This document shows, one piece after another, positions 19,731 to 28,956 of a stretch of DNA of 64,000 nt. The position numbers and the translations under genes are program-made. Source of the DNA: Planctomycetota bacterium (GTDB taxonomy: Bacteria; Planctomycetota; B15-G4). The stretch spans positions 160,001 to 224,000 of the forward strand of contig JBBQUR010000005.1 of the NCBI GenBank assembly GCA_038212275.1, read 5' to 3'. Below the pieces are notes generated by a model. That model did not search any database. It was not told the DNA's origin and saw only the letters and a list, made by a program, of their open reading frames with translations. The first letter of the stretch is position 1, and each line of letters begins with the position of its first letter.

Positions 19731-20863
19731 GAGTCGGCCTCGATGCGCGACCGGCCCTTTTCTCGCGGACCGGGATCGGCCGCGCCGCACGTGAGTTGTT
19801 CATCGCGCTGTCGGCCCGGGCCGACATGCAGGTGCTCGGCTACGGCGCCGCGTGGCGCCGGCCGCGCGCCGAGGCCGGCCTGCCGGGCGTGCGCACGCCG
19901 CGTATCCCGGCCCGCCTTCAAGCCGCACTGGCGCCGCTGGGCTTCGGCGTGGAGACGCTGCTGGGCCCGCTCGACATCTTTCATCACACGGACCTCGTGT
20001 ACGCGCCGGTGCGCCGCGCGCGGGAGGTCATGTCGCTGCACGACCTCACCTTCCTGCACGGCCAGGGCTGGCATGACGCAGCGTTCACGGAGCGCGTCGA
20101 GCCGCGCGTGCGCCGCGCCGCCGCACGAGCCGCCGCGATCTTCGTGCCCTGCGAACGCGTGCGCGACGACGTGCTGGCGCGCCGCGTCGCGCCGGCGGAG
20201 CGCGTGCACGTCGTGCCGCTCGGCTGCGATCACGTGGACGCCACGCGGCGCTCCGACGATGCGGCGGCGCTGAGCCGTCTCCGCGCACGCGCCGGCCTGC
20301 CCGCGGACGCCGGCCCGCTCGTCCTGCTGCCCGGCACGCGCGAGCCGCGCAAGAATCAGCTCGCGCTGCTGCAGGCCTTCGTCGACCTGCCGCGCGGCAC
20401 GCCGGGTTGCCTGCTCTTCGTCGGGCCGCGAGGCTGGGGCTGCGCGGAGCTGGAGGCCACGCTCGCGGAAGGCCGCCGGCCCGCGCATGTCGGCGTGCTC
20501 GGAGAGGTGCCCGAGGAGGAGCTCGCCGTGCTGCTGCGTGGCGCGGATGTGGTGGCGTATCCGAGCCTCGCGGAGGGTTTCGGTCTGCCCGTCGCGGAGG
20601 CGCTGCATTGCGGCCGTGCCGTGCTCACCACGCGCGCCACGCCGATGGCCGACTACGGCGGCGACGCCGTGCTGGCCGTGGACGGCCACGACGTCGGCGC
20701 CCTGCGCGACGGCCTCCGCCAACTCCTCGGTGATGCCACGCTGCGCGCCGCGCTGGGTGCTGCGGGCCGGCGACGCGTCGAGAGGCTGACGTGGGCGCGC
20801 GCGGCCGAAGCGACGCACGCCATCTATCAGCACGTCGGCGGAAACGTAGACTCCGCGCGATGA
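19727..20863 (+). CDS. glycosyltransferase family 4
   Basis: TGIGR, LHDL, PRKN and YPSLAEGFGLPVAEA motifs; ATGA coupling to the flippase. Confidence 0.92.
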   Translation: MRVGLDARPALFSRTGIGRAARELFIALSARADMQVLGYGAAWRRPRAEAGLPGVRTPRIPARLQAALAPLGFGVETLLGPLDIFHHTDLVYAPVRRAREVMSLHDLTFLHGQGWHDAAFTERVEPRVRRAAARAAAIFVPCERVRDDVLARRVAPAERVHVVPLGCDHVDATRRSDDAAALSRLRARAGLPADAGPLVLLPGTREPRKNQLALLQAFVDLPRGTPGCLLFVGPRGWGCAELEATLAEGRRPAHVGVLGEVPEEELAVLLRGADVVAYPSLAEGFGLPVAEALHCGRAVLTTRATPMADYGGDAVLAVDGHDVGALRDGLRQLLGDATLRAALGAAGRRRVERLTWARAAEATHAIYQHVGGNVDSAR

Positions 20864-23604
20864 CCGCCCCGAAGTCCCTTGTCCTGCCGCTGCTGCTCCT
20901 GCTCCTGCTCGCGTGGAGCGGGTCGGGTTGCGGCGATGCTTCGGCGCCGCTCGCGCCCGGCGCCACGGCCCCGACGCCGCCGCCTTCGCCCGGCAACGAG
21001 CATGAAGCAACCGCGCCGCGCGAGGGCGACCTGCGCGCCTGGGACTATCCGTCGATGGCGTGCCGCGCCAACGGCGATGCGTGGCTTGCCTGCGTGCACT
21101 GGGAGGCCGGCACGGACAGCCTCGCGTTGCGTCTCTCGTCCCGGACCGCGGCCGACGAGACGCTCGTCTACACGTCGCCGACGCGCGTGCTCGGCACCGC
21201 GCTCGCCGTGGACGAGGCCGACGCCCTGCACCTCGTCTGGTCCGAGGCCGTCGCGGACGGCTGGGCCCTGCGCACGCTCGTGATCGCCGCACCGGATCGC
21301 GAGGGCGAGCTGGGCACGCCGGGCGCGCCGGTCACGCTGCTGTCGGTGCCCGGCGCGAGGCTGCTGTGGCCCGTGCTCGCAGCGGACGGCCAGCACGCGC
21401 TGCTGCTCACCTGTCTCTCGCTGGACGGCACCGGCCCCGCGGTGCTCGCGCTCGGCCGCCTGCCCGGCGGGCCGTGGAGCGCAGCGGTGGACGTGAGCAC
21501 GAATCGCCACTCGCACTGGTCGCCGTCGGCAACGTCCACGGGCCCCGGGCGCTTCGCCATCGCGTGGGATGGCGCGACCGACGGCGACTACGACATCTAC
21601 CTCGCGGAGTGCCGGCTCGGCACCGATGGCAGGCCCTCCGTGCTCACGCGGCAACGCCTCACCGACACGCCGCGCCGCGAGTCCCATCCCTCGCTGGCCT
21701 TCGATGGCGAGCGCCTCTACGTGGCGTACGACGTTGCGGCCGAGCACTGGGGCCGCGAGGGCTCCGTGAACAAGCTGGAAGAAGCGCTGCACGCCGGGCG
21801 CCAGGTCGAGATCGTCGCGGTGCAGGACGGACAGGTGGCGCCGCTGGGCGTGCAGCCGAGCGTGGGCATGAACGACGTGCTCGCGCGCAATTGGGAACTC
21901 CCGAAGCTGGCCATCGAGAGCACCGGCAACCTCGTGCTCTTCTTCCGCGGTCTGCCGCTGCCGCTGGAATTCGATGACCCGGAGGACCCGGCCTTCCAGA
22001 AGGTCGCGCAGGCGAAGGCGGGCGGGCTTGGCTGGCGCACCTCCATCTGGTTCGCGTACATGACCCGCTTCGATGGCGCCACGTGGCATCTCGCCGACAA
22101 GCATCACTTCGGCATCCCGGGGGGCGACGGTCGCGCCGATGCAGGCATCGCCTGCACGCGCCTGCCGGGAGGCGGCATGGCCTATGCGGTGGTGGGCGAC
22201 GATCGCGCGGCGCCGGCGTCGGCGAAGTCCACCGAGGGGCTCTCACCCGAACAGCTCCGCATGCGCCAGCTCGAAAGCGTCGACTGGTGGCGGCCCGTCT
22301 CGAGCATGCCGACCACGGTGACCACCGGCATCCTGCGCAAGGACGCGCAGGCCGCGCCGTTTGCGCTGGGCCCCGCGCGCGCGCTGCCCGACCTGCCCGC
22401 GGCGGCGCCCGGCGACGCGGCCGCGCTGCCGACGCGCCTCGGGCCCGACGGCGCGCGGCTCTCGCTCGCGCTCGGAGACCTGCACCGCCACACCGACCTC
22501 TCGCGCTGCTCGTCCAACTGGGACGGCCCCTTCGACGACGCGCTGCGCTACGCCTACGACGTGGCGCCGCTGCAGTTCCTCGCCATCACGGACCACTTCG
22601 AGCACATGACCGCGTACGACTGGTGGCGCAGCGCGAGCTGGGCCGACGCCTACGACAGCCCCGGCCGCATGGTGGACCTGCGCGCCTACGAGCGCTCCGA
22701 GCCCTCCACCGGTCACCGCAACGTCATCGCGCGCGGCGACAACCCGCCGCTCGTGGCCTATCGCGGCGTGTACGACCGCGAGCGCGACGCGTCGACCACC
22801 GGCAAGGACGCCGACCTGTGGCCGCTGCTCGACGAGCACGACGTGCTCACGATTCCGCACACGCCGGCAGGGATGTTTCCTTCCAATCCGTCGACGCTCG
22901 CCTGGGGCAGCTTCGACCCGCGCTTCGATCGCCTCGTCGAGGTCTTCCAGAGCTATCGCGGCAACTCGGAGGCCATCGACGCGCCGCGCGCCATTCCCGG
23001 GCTGAACCCGCGCCGTTACGCGCTGCCGAACCTGGACCTCGGCATGCACTTCGGCTTCATCGCCTCGAGCGACCACCAGACCAGCGACGGCGCCTTCGCC
23101 GGCGCCTGGGTCGGAGAGCTCACGCGGGAGGGCGTCTTCGATGCGCTGCACGCGCGGCGGACCTTCGCCTCCACGGTGCGCGCGTCGCTGTGGACCGAGT
23201 GGAACGGCGTGCCGATGGGCACCTCCGCCGCCGCGCCGGCCGGCGTGGACTCCGGCTTCGTCGTCGAAGTGGACGGCTTCGGCCGTGCGCTGTCCGCGCT
23301 CGAACTCATCGTCGACGGCACGGTGTCGGAGCAGCGCGCGGTGCACGGCAGCACGGCGCGCGAAGGCTTCGAGCTGGCCGTGCCGCCGGTCGGCAGCCGC
23401 TTCGCCTATGTCCGCGTGCGTTTCGCAGACGGCGAGCTGATGTGGAGCAGCCCCGTGCGCCTGTCCGCCGACGGCAGTCAAGGCGCGGACGGCCTCTCGG
23501 GTGCGCAGATCTCGCAGCAGCACGGCGACGTGTGGAGTCAGCAGGCATCGGGCGCCTCGCCGGCGTCGCCCGCGACGTCGCCTGCGCCAGCCGGGCCGCG
23601 CTGA
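20860..23604 (+). CDS. lipoprotein with N-terminal propeller-like region and PHP-fold (CehA/McbA/DUF3604-like) metallohydrolase domain
   Basis: Signal peptide ending SGC; GDLHRHTDLS, AITDH, GHRN, IPH and SSDH metal-binding motifs; WSSPV near the end. Confidence 0.75.
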   Translation: MTAPKSLVLPLLLLLLLAWSGSGCGDASAPLAPGATAPTPPPSPGNEHEATAPREGDLRAWDYPSMACRANGDAWLACVHWEAGTDSLALRLSSRTAADETLVYTSPTRVLGTALAVDEADALHLVWSEAVADGWALRTLVIAAPDREGELGTPGAPVTLLSVPGARLLWPVLAADGQHALLLTCLSLDGTGPAVLALGRLPGGPWSAAVDVSTNRHSHWSPSATSTGPGRFAIAWDGATDGDYDIYLAECRLGTDGRPSVLTRQRLTDTPRRESHPSLAFDGERLYVAYDVAAEHWGREGSVNKLEEALHAGRQVEIVAVQDGQVAPLGVQPSVGMNDVLARNWELPKLAIESTGNLVLFFRGLPLPLEFDDPEDPAFQKVAQAKAGGLGWRTSIWFAYMTRFDGATWHLADKHHFGIPGGDGRADAGIACTRLPGGGMAYAVVGDDRAAPASAKSTEGLSPEQLRMRQLESVDWWRPVSSMPTTVTTGILRKDAQAAPFALGPARALPDLPAAAPGDAAALPTRLGPDGARLSLALGDLHRHTDLSRCSSNWDGPFDDALRYAYDVAPLQFLAITDHFEHMTAYDWWRSASWADAYDSPGRMVDLRAYERSEPSTGHRNVIARGDNPPLVAYRGVYDRERDASTTGKDADLWPLLDEHDVLTIPHTPAGMFPSNPSTLAWGSFDPRFDRLVEVFQSYRGNSEAIDAPRAIPGLNPRRYALPNLDLGMHFGFIASSDHQTSDGAFAGAWVGELTREGVFDALHARRTFASTVRASLWTEWNGVPMGTSAAAPAGVDSGFVVEVDGFGRALSALELIVDGTVSEQRAVHGSTAREGFELAVPPVGSRFAYVRVRFADGELMWSSPVRLSADGSQGADGLSGAQISQQHGDVWSQQASGASPASPATSPAPAGPR

Positions 23605-23609
23605 GCGCC

Positions 23610-24758
23610 GTGCGCATCGCCCTGGACGTCAGCCTGCTGGATCGGGCGGAGCCGACCGGAGTCGAGCGCGGGCTGGCCACGCTGCGCGAGGCGCTGCTGG
23701 GCTGCGGCCCGGCGCTGCAGCTCGTGCAGCTCTCCGCACCGCCGTCGCTGCCCGTGGCGCTGTGGCGCGAGACCACGTTGCCCACGCTGCTCGCGGGCCA
23801 TCGCATCGATGTCTATCACTCGCCCGTGGCGGCCGTGCCGCTGCGCGCGGGTTGTGCCGTCGTGGCGACGCTGCACGAGCTGCCGTGGGCGTCGTCGGAT
23901 GCGGCGGCACGCGCGACCGGGGACGGCCGCTGGACGCATCGCGCGCGCACCGCGCTCGCCGTCGCCGTCGCGACGCGGCTGGTCTGCGTCTCGGAGCGCA
24001 CGCGCGAGCACCTGCTGGCGCGCCACCCGGAGGCCGCGCCGCGCGCGGTCGTCATTCCGCACGCGGTCGATGCACGCTTCAAGCCGGCGGCGCCCGACAG
24101 CGACGAGGCGCGCGAGGACGAGACGCTGCGTGCACGCCTGGGGCTCGGCGCCGACGGGCGCGCGCCGTTGCTGCTCGCCGTCGGTCGCCTGCGCCGCAAG
24201 AAGAATCTCGCCGCGCTGCTCGAGGCCGTCGCCGCGGCGCGGGCTCCGGCCGGCATGCGCCTCGTGCTTGCCGGTCCCGACGGCGATGCCTCCGACGCGC
24301 TGGCCGCACGCGCGCGTCGTGCGGATCTCGCGGGCCGCGTGCTCTTCCCCGGTGCGGTGGACGACCGGACGCTGCTCGCGCTGTACCGCGGCGCGACGGC
24401 CGTCGCCTTTCCGTCGCTCTTCGAGGGTTTCGGCCTGCCCGTGCTCGAGGCCATGGCCTGCGGCGTGCCCGTGCTGGCCAGTGAAGAAGGTGCGGCACCC
24501 GAGGTGCGCGGGCAGGCCGTGGAGCTGTGCCGGGCAGGAGATCCCGCTTCGCTTGCCGCCACGCTGCAGCAGCTGCTGAACTCGCCGGCTCGTCGCGCCG
24601 AACTCGTCGCGCGCGGGCGGCTCCACGTGGTGCGCTTCAACGGCGAGGCGCTGGCGCGCGCGCACCTCGCCCTCTACGCGGATGGCATCGAGGCGTACGC
24701 CCGGCGTCGGCCGTCCGACGCGCGCAGCGGCCGCGATGCCGGAGGCGCGACGCGATGA
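23610..24758 (+). CDS. glycosyltransferase family 4
   Basis: TGVER, TLHE, RKKN and FPSLFEGFGLPVLEAMACG motifs. Confidence 0.92.
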   Translation: MRIALDVSLLDRAEPTGVERGLATLREALLGCGPALQLVQLSAPPSLPVALWRETTLPTLLAGHRIDVYHSPVAAVPLRAGCAVVATLHELPWASSDAAARATGDGRWTHRARTALAVAVATRLVCVSERTREHLLARHPEAAPRAVVIPHAVDARFKPAAPDSDEAREDETLRARLGLGADGRAPLLLAVGRLRRKKNLAALLEAVAAARAPAGMRLVLAGPDGDASDALAARARRADLAGRVLFPGAVDDRTLLALYRGATAVAFPSLFEGFGLPVLEAMACGVPVLASEEGAAPEVRGQAVELCRAGDPASLAATLQQLLNSPARRAELVARGRLHVVRFNGEALARAHLALYADGIEAYARRRPSDARSGRDAGGATR

Positions 24759-25906
24759 GCGCGCGTGCTGCGCAGCCCGTCGTGCTCGTCGACGCGACGA
24801 TGCTCGATGGGGGCCACAGCGGCGCGGCCACGCGGCTCGCGGCGCTCGGGGCCGCGCACGCCGCGCGCGGCGCGGTGGATGTGCTGCACCTCGTGCGACC
24901 CGGCGTCGACGCGCTGCCAGGCCTGCGCTGCCTGCCCTTCACGGGCATGCACACGCCGCTGCGTCGCGCGCTGGCGGGCCGCCGCATCGATGCGGAACTC
25001 GTGCGTCACGGCGGGGCGGTCTGGGCCGCCGCCGCGCTGCCGCTGCCGTCCGTGCGCGCCGCGCCGATGAGCGTCACGCTGCACGACCTGCGCTTCCTGC
25101 AGGAGGGCGAGGACGTGTCGCTGGCGCGCAGGTTGTGGGGCCGGCGCCGCCTCGCGCCGAACGTGGCGCGCGCGGCGGCCGTCATCGCGGTGTCGCGCTT
25201 CACGGCGGGAGAGCTGGCGCGGCACGCGGTGTGCGACGCCACCCGCGTGCACGTGATTCCCAATGCCGGCAGCCCCGGACTGCAGCGCGTGGACGACCCG
25301 CAGGTGATCACCGCGCTGCGCCGCCGCATGGACTGGAACGCGCGCTACGTGCTGGCTGTCGGCCCGCTGGCGCGGCACAAGCGCCCGCTCTTTCTGCTCG
25401 AGGCGCTGGCCGCCGCGCGCGCACGCCCCGGCGGCAGCGACCTCGGGCTCGTGCTGGCGGGGCATGCCGAGCCCGAGGCTGCACGGATCTTCGCGCGCCG
25501 CGCGACGGAACTCGGCGTGCAGGGCTGCGTGCGGTTGACGGGAGATCTCGACGACGCGCGCCTCTCCGCCGTGCTCTCCGGCGCCGACGCGCTGCTGCTC
25601 GCTTCCGAGTGCGAGGGCTTCGCGATCCCCGTCGTCGACGCGCAGCGCTTCGGCGTGCCGGTCGTCGCGGTGGCGGCGGGGGCCGTGCCCGAGGTGGCCG
25701 GCGCGGGCGCCTGGTTGCTGCCGCCGGGTGATGCGGCGGCCGTGGGCGCCGCGATCGTGGAAGCCGTCAGTCCCGGTGCGGAACGTGAGCGCCGGCTGGC
25801 GCTGGGTCGCGAGCACTCTGCCCGCTGGTCGTGGGATCGCTCGGCCGGACAACTGGAGACGCTGTGGTTGCGGCTGGCGTCGGAGCGAGCCGCGCGCGGG
25901 GCCTGA
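24755..25906 (+). CDS. glycosyltransferase family 4
   Basis: TLHDL, AVSRFT, RHKR, EGFAIPVVDAQRFG and WSWDRSA motifs; ATGA coupling. Confidence 0.88.
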   Translation: MSARAAQPVVLVDATMLDGGHSGAATRLAALGAAHAARGAVDVLHLVRPGVDALPGLRCLPFTGMHTPLRRALAGRRIDAELVRHGGAVWAAAALPLPSVRAAPMSVTLHDLRFLQEGEDVSLARRLWGRRRLAPNVARAAAVIAVSRFTAGELARHAVCDATRVHVIPNAGSPGLQRVDDPQVITALRRRMDWNARYVLAVGPLARHKRPLFLLEALAAARARPGGSDLGLVLAGHAEPEAARIFARRATELGVQGCVRLTGDLDDARLSAVLSGADALLLASECEGFAIPVVDAQRFGVPVVAVAAGAVPEVAGAGAWLLPPGDAAAVGAAIVEAVSPGAERERRLALGREHSARWSWDRSAGQLETLWLRLASERAARGA

Positions 25907-26354
25907 GCGCGCCGAGGTCGCGCGTGTCGAGCACCGAGGCGTCGGCTCCGGAGAGCAACCACGTGCTGGCGGGAAGCTCGGCGTCGCCGGCATCCACGGC
26001 AAGGATCGCGAGGTCGGCGAGGCCGTCGCCGTCGGCGTCGGGCATTTCCTGCAGCACGACGAAGATCGAGCCCGTGGCCGCGCGTTCCGGATGGTCGAGC
26101 GGATCCGTGGCGAAGGGCGAGTCGGCTGCGACGAGGGGACCACCGGCTGCCTCGCCCGTCGAGTTGATGATCACGACGCTGTTGTTGTCGTCGTCATCAT
26201 CATGGTCGTGGTTGCCCGAGCTGTAGGCGAAGGAGCATCCGCCGCCGAGGACCTGCGAGAGCGCGAGCCCGAGCAGCAGCGTGATCCATGCGGCGCGGCG
26301 TCCGTGTGTCGGCGAGGACGCCTCTGCGCGGCTGGCGAAGAGCGCGATATCCAT
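25767..26354 (-). CDS. hypothetical lipoprotein with acidic stretch and a single FG-GAP-like Ca-binding motif
   Basis: GGAGA SD, hydrophobic segment ending GGGC, HDHDDDDDNN and DADGDGLADLAI. The 3' end overlaps the convergent GT4 by 140 bp. Confidence 0.55.
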   Translation of the reverse strand: MDIALFASRAEASSPTHGRRAAWITLLLGLALSQVLGGGCSFAYSSGNHDHDDDDDNNSVVIINSTGEAAGGPLVAADSPFATDPLDHPERAATGSIFVVLQEMPDADGDGLADLAILAVDAGDAELPASTWLLSGADASVLDTRDLGALRPRARLAPTPAATTASPVVRPSDPTTSGQSARDPAPAGAHVPHRD

Positions 26355-26503
26355 GGTGAGTCTCCCGTCGTGAGCCAGAGGGCCCGTGTGCTCGCTGAGG
26401 ATAGCGCCGATCGCCTCTCCGGTGGGCAGTTCACCCGGGGCAGTTCATCGGGTTGGGCAAGTGAACAGGTCGGCTGCAGGGGAAAGGTGCCGCGGGCGGA
26501 ACT

Positions 26504-27145
26504 TCAGCCGATCAGGCCGACGAGCCAGGCCACGCCGGCCATCAGGGCGGCGGCGATCAGCAGCACGCCGAGCGTCACGGCCAGACGCTGGCCGGTGGGA
26601 AGTTGCGAGAGGTCCGCGTTGAGCAGGCCGCGCCGCGCCTCGACCTTGCGGAACTGGAGCTCCCGTCTGCGCTGCGTCAATGCTGGCGCTTCGGACTCCC
26701 TGGCCGCCGCAGCGCCGCCGCGGCCCTCGCGGCCCTCGCGGAGCGATGTCGTGCCAGCGACGGTGCCCGCCGCAGCGGCTGATGCCATGCGTGAGGCCGT
26801 GCTTGATGCTGCGCCTGATGCGCCGCCCGATGCGCCGCCTGATGCGCCGCCTGATGCGGCGCCCGGGGCGGGCCGCGCGCAGAGCGTGAACTTCACGCGG
26901 CCGAGGATCAGCTCGTCGCCGTCGCGCAGCAGGGAGCGCTCCACCTTCCGGCCGCCGACGCCGACGACGCCCTCGCCCAGGGCTTCGATGCGCAGCGTGC
27001 CCGCGCTGCCCTCGCTGAGCCGGGCGTGTTGCGCGATCACGGACTCGTGCGGCACACGCACGTCGGCATCGGGACCGCTTCCGAGCACCGCCGGAAGGCT
27101 CGCGATGCCGAGCTGCTGTCCGCGCGCCGTCATGAGGACCCACAT
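26504..27145 (-). CDS. FHA-like domain protein with ASGG-repeat linker and C-terminal TM helix
   Basis: VLGSGPDADVRVPHESVIAQHARL...LRDGDELILG matches the FHA fold; TAGGCT box 8 nt before ATG. Confidence 0.72.
   Translation of the reverse strand: MWVLMTARGQQLGIASLPAVLGSGPDADVRVPHESVIAQHARLSEGSAGTLRIEALGEGVVGVGGRKVERSLLRDGDELILGRVKFTLCARPAPGAASGGASGGASGGASGAASSTASRMASAAAAGTVAGTTSLREGREGRGGAAAARESEAPALTQRRRELQFRKVEARRGLLNADLSQLPTGQRLAVTLGVLLIAAALMAGVAWLVGLIG
26806..26864. repeat. 12-bp coding tandem repeat (GATGCGCCGCCT-like x5; ASGG linker)
   Basis: gatgctgcgcct gatgcgccgccc gatgcgccgcct gatgcgccgcct gatgcggcgcc. Confidence 0.8.
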
Positions 27146-27153
27146 GCGGGCGC

Positions 27154-27280
27154 AGCCTAACAGGGCCGTGCCGGGAGTCCCTGCGCCGATCGTCCGCCGG
27201 ACCCGGCTGCGAGCAGGGAGCCTTGATGCATCGCGGACGGCCACGTCGGGCGCGCAACGCCGCGCGCCGGCAGCTAGACT
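27154..27280. promoter_or_regulatory. divergent pair of putative leaderless -10 boxes (TAGGCT minus at 27154-27159; TAGACT plus at 27275-27280)
   Basis: The boxes lie 8 and 9 nt before the ATGs of the FHA and ABC genes; neither spacer has an SD. Confidence 0.5.
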
Positions 27281-27289
27281 CGGCCCCGC

Positions 27290-28012
27290 ATGCCTCTGCT
27301 GGAAGCTCGCCGGATCGGCCACACCTACCTGCGCTTCCCCGCGCGCAGGCTCGTCTCGCTGCACGGCGTGGATCTCGTCGTCGAGCGCGGCGAATGCTGG
27401 GGGCTCATCGGTCCCAACGGCTCGGGCAAGTCCACGCTGCTGCGCATTGCGGCGGGACTTGCGGAGCCGCACGCAGGGTCCGTGACCGTCTGCGGCGAGC
27501 GCGCCGGCAGTCGCGCGGCGCACCGGCGCGTGGGCTTCGTGCCGGAGGCCGTGCGCTGGCCGGCGGCGCTGCGCGCCGTCGACGTGCTGCTCGAACTGGC
27601 GTCGCTGTCCGGGCTGCGCGATGCCGGCGCGCGCGTGGATCGCGTCGCCCGGCTGACCGGCCTGCAGGGCCTGCTGGCGCGACGGCTCGGCACGCTGTCG
27701 CTGGGACAGGCGCGACGCGTCGTGCTGGCGCAGGCGCTGCTCGACGAGCCCGAGCTGCTCCTGCTCGACGAACCCTTCTCCGGCCTGGACTCGCTGGTGA
27801 TCATGGACCTGGCCGAGCACCTGCGGGCGCGCCTCGCCGCGGGCGCGGGCGTCGTGCTGGCGAGCCACCGACTGGAGGATTTCACGGCGCTGGCGACGCA
27901 CGTGCTCGTGCTGCGCGCGGGCCAGGTGGTGGCTGCCGGGCCCGCCGCCGAGGTCCTGGCTGGCAGCGACGCGCGCGAAGGTCTGTCCGCCCTGCTCGGC
28001 AGCTCCGCCTGA
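27290..28012 (+). CDS. ABC transporter ATP-binding protein
   Basis: GPNGSGKST, LSLGQARR, LLDEP and SH motifs. Confidence 0.92.
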   Translation: MPLLEARRIGHTYLRFPARRLVSLHGVDLVVERGECWGLIGPNGSGKSTLLRIAAGLAEPHAGSVTVCGERAGSRAAHRRVGFVPEAVRWPAALRAVDVLLELASLSGLRDAGARVDRVARLTGLQGLLARRLGTLSLGQARRVVLAQALLDEPELLLLDEPFSGLDSLVIMDLAEHLRARLAAGAGVVLASHRLEDFTALATHVLVLRAGQVVAAGPAAEVLAGSDAREGLSALLGSSA

Positions 28013-28956
28013 TGCTCGGTGGGGTGCTCATCATCGCGGTGGGAACCGTGCGGCGCATGCTCAGCTGGCCTGCGCTGGCCGTCGCGGTGCTCGCGGGCGC
28101 CGGTGCGGGTCTGGCGCTGACGGGTCTGGCGCAGACGGGCCTGCCGGCGACGTCGATGCTGCCGGCGGCCTACAGCGGCCTGGTGCGCGTGCTCGCGGCC
28201 GTGCTCGTGCTGCCGCTCGCGGCCTCGGTGCCCACGGCCGAGCGCGCCGGCGGTTACGAACAACTGGTCGCCCTGCGCCCGATCGCGTCGTGGGCGTGGG
28301 TGGCGGGGCGCGTGATCGGAAGCGTGCTGGGCATGGCGACGCTCGTGCTGCTGCTCGGCCACTGCACGCGCTGGGTGGCCGGCGGCATCGAGGTGCCCGA
28401 CACCGTCGCGGGGCAGCGCATGGCAACCGAGGTCACCGACCCGATGTGGCGCTTCGCATTGCCGGCGGGGCGGCGCGGGCCGTTCGACCTGCAGCTCCAG
28501 GTCTTCGCGCGCTACCCCGGCAGCCAGCCGCTCCGCATCCACGTGACGCGCGGCGACGGCGTGCTGTCGCTCGCGCCGACCGTGTACAGCCGGCCGCAGC
28601 TCACGGTGCCGCTGCCGGATCTGTGGCCCGAGCGCGGCGACCTCTTCGTCACGCTGCACCCGGGTCCGAACCTGGTGCTCGGCGAGGCGCCGCCGCAACT
28701 CGGTGTCGGCACCATGCCGCTGAGCCGGGCGGACCTGCCTCTGCCGACGGCCGCTGCGGCCGGCCTGCTCCTCGCGCTGCTCACGGCCCTGGCCGCCGCG
28801 TGCGCCTTTCATTTCGAGACGGCGTGCCTGGCGGGCCTGACCGCGCTGGCGGTCGAGCTGCCGCCCGGGCCTCTGCCATGGCTCGCGGCCATCGCGCTGC
28901 TGCTGGTCATCGCCACGCTGGGCACCGCGCTGCAACGCCGGTCCGCAATGCCGTGA
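28012..28956 (+). CDS. putative ABC-2 type permease with extracytoplasmic insert
   Basis: TM segments and ERAGGYEQLVALRPI (ABC-2-like motif); TGATG coupling to the ATPase. Confidence 0.65.
   Translation: MLGGVLIIAVGTVRRMLSWPALAVAVLAGAGAGLALTGLAQTGLPATSMLPAAYSGLVRVLAAVLVLPLAASVPTAERAGGYEQLVALRPIASWAWVAGRVIGSVLGMATLVLLLGHCTRWVAGGIEVPDTVAGQRMATEVTDPMWRFALPAGRRGPFDLQLQVFARYPGSQPLRIHVTRGDGVLSLAPTVYSRPQLTVPLPDLWPERGDLFVTLHPGPNLVLGEAPPQLGVGTMPLSRADLPLPTAAAAGLLLALLTALAAACAFHFETACLAGLTALAVELPPGPLPWLAAIALLLVIATLGTALQRRSAMP

Noticed and set aside
17364..19790. 808-aa ABC fusion protein
   Set aside because: The N-terminal ~530 aa is the antisense shadow of the flippase; the real gene starts near 18173-18197.
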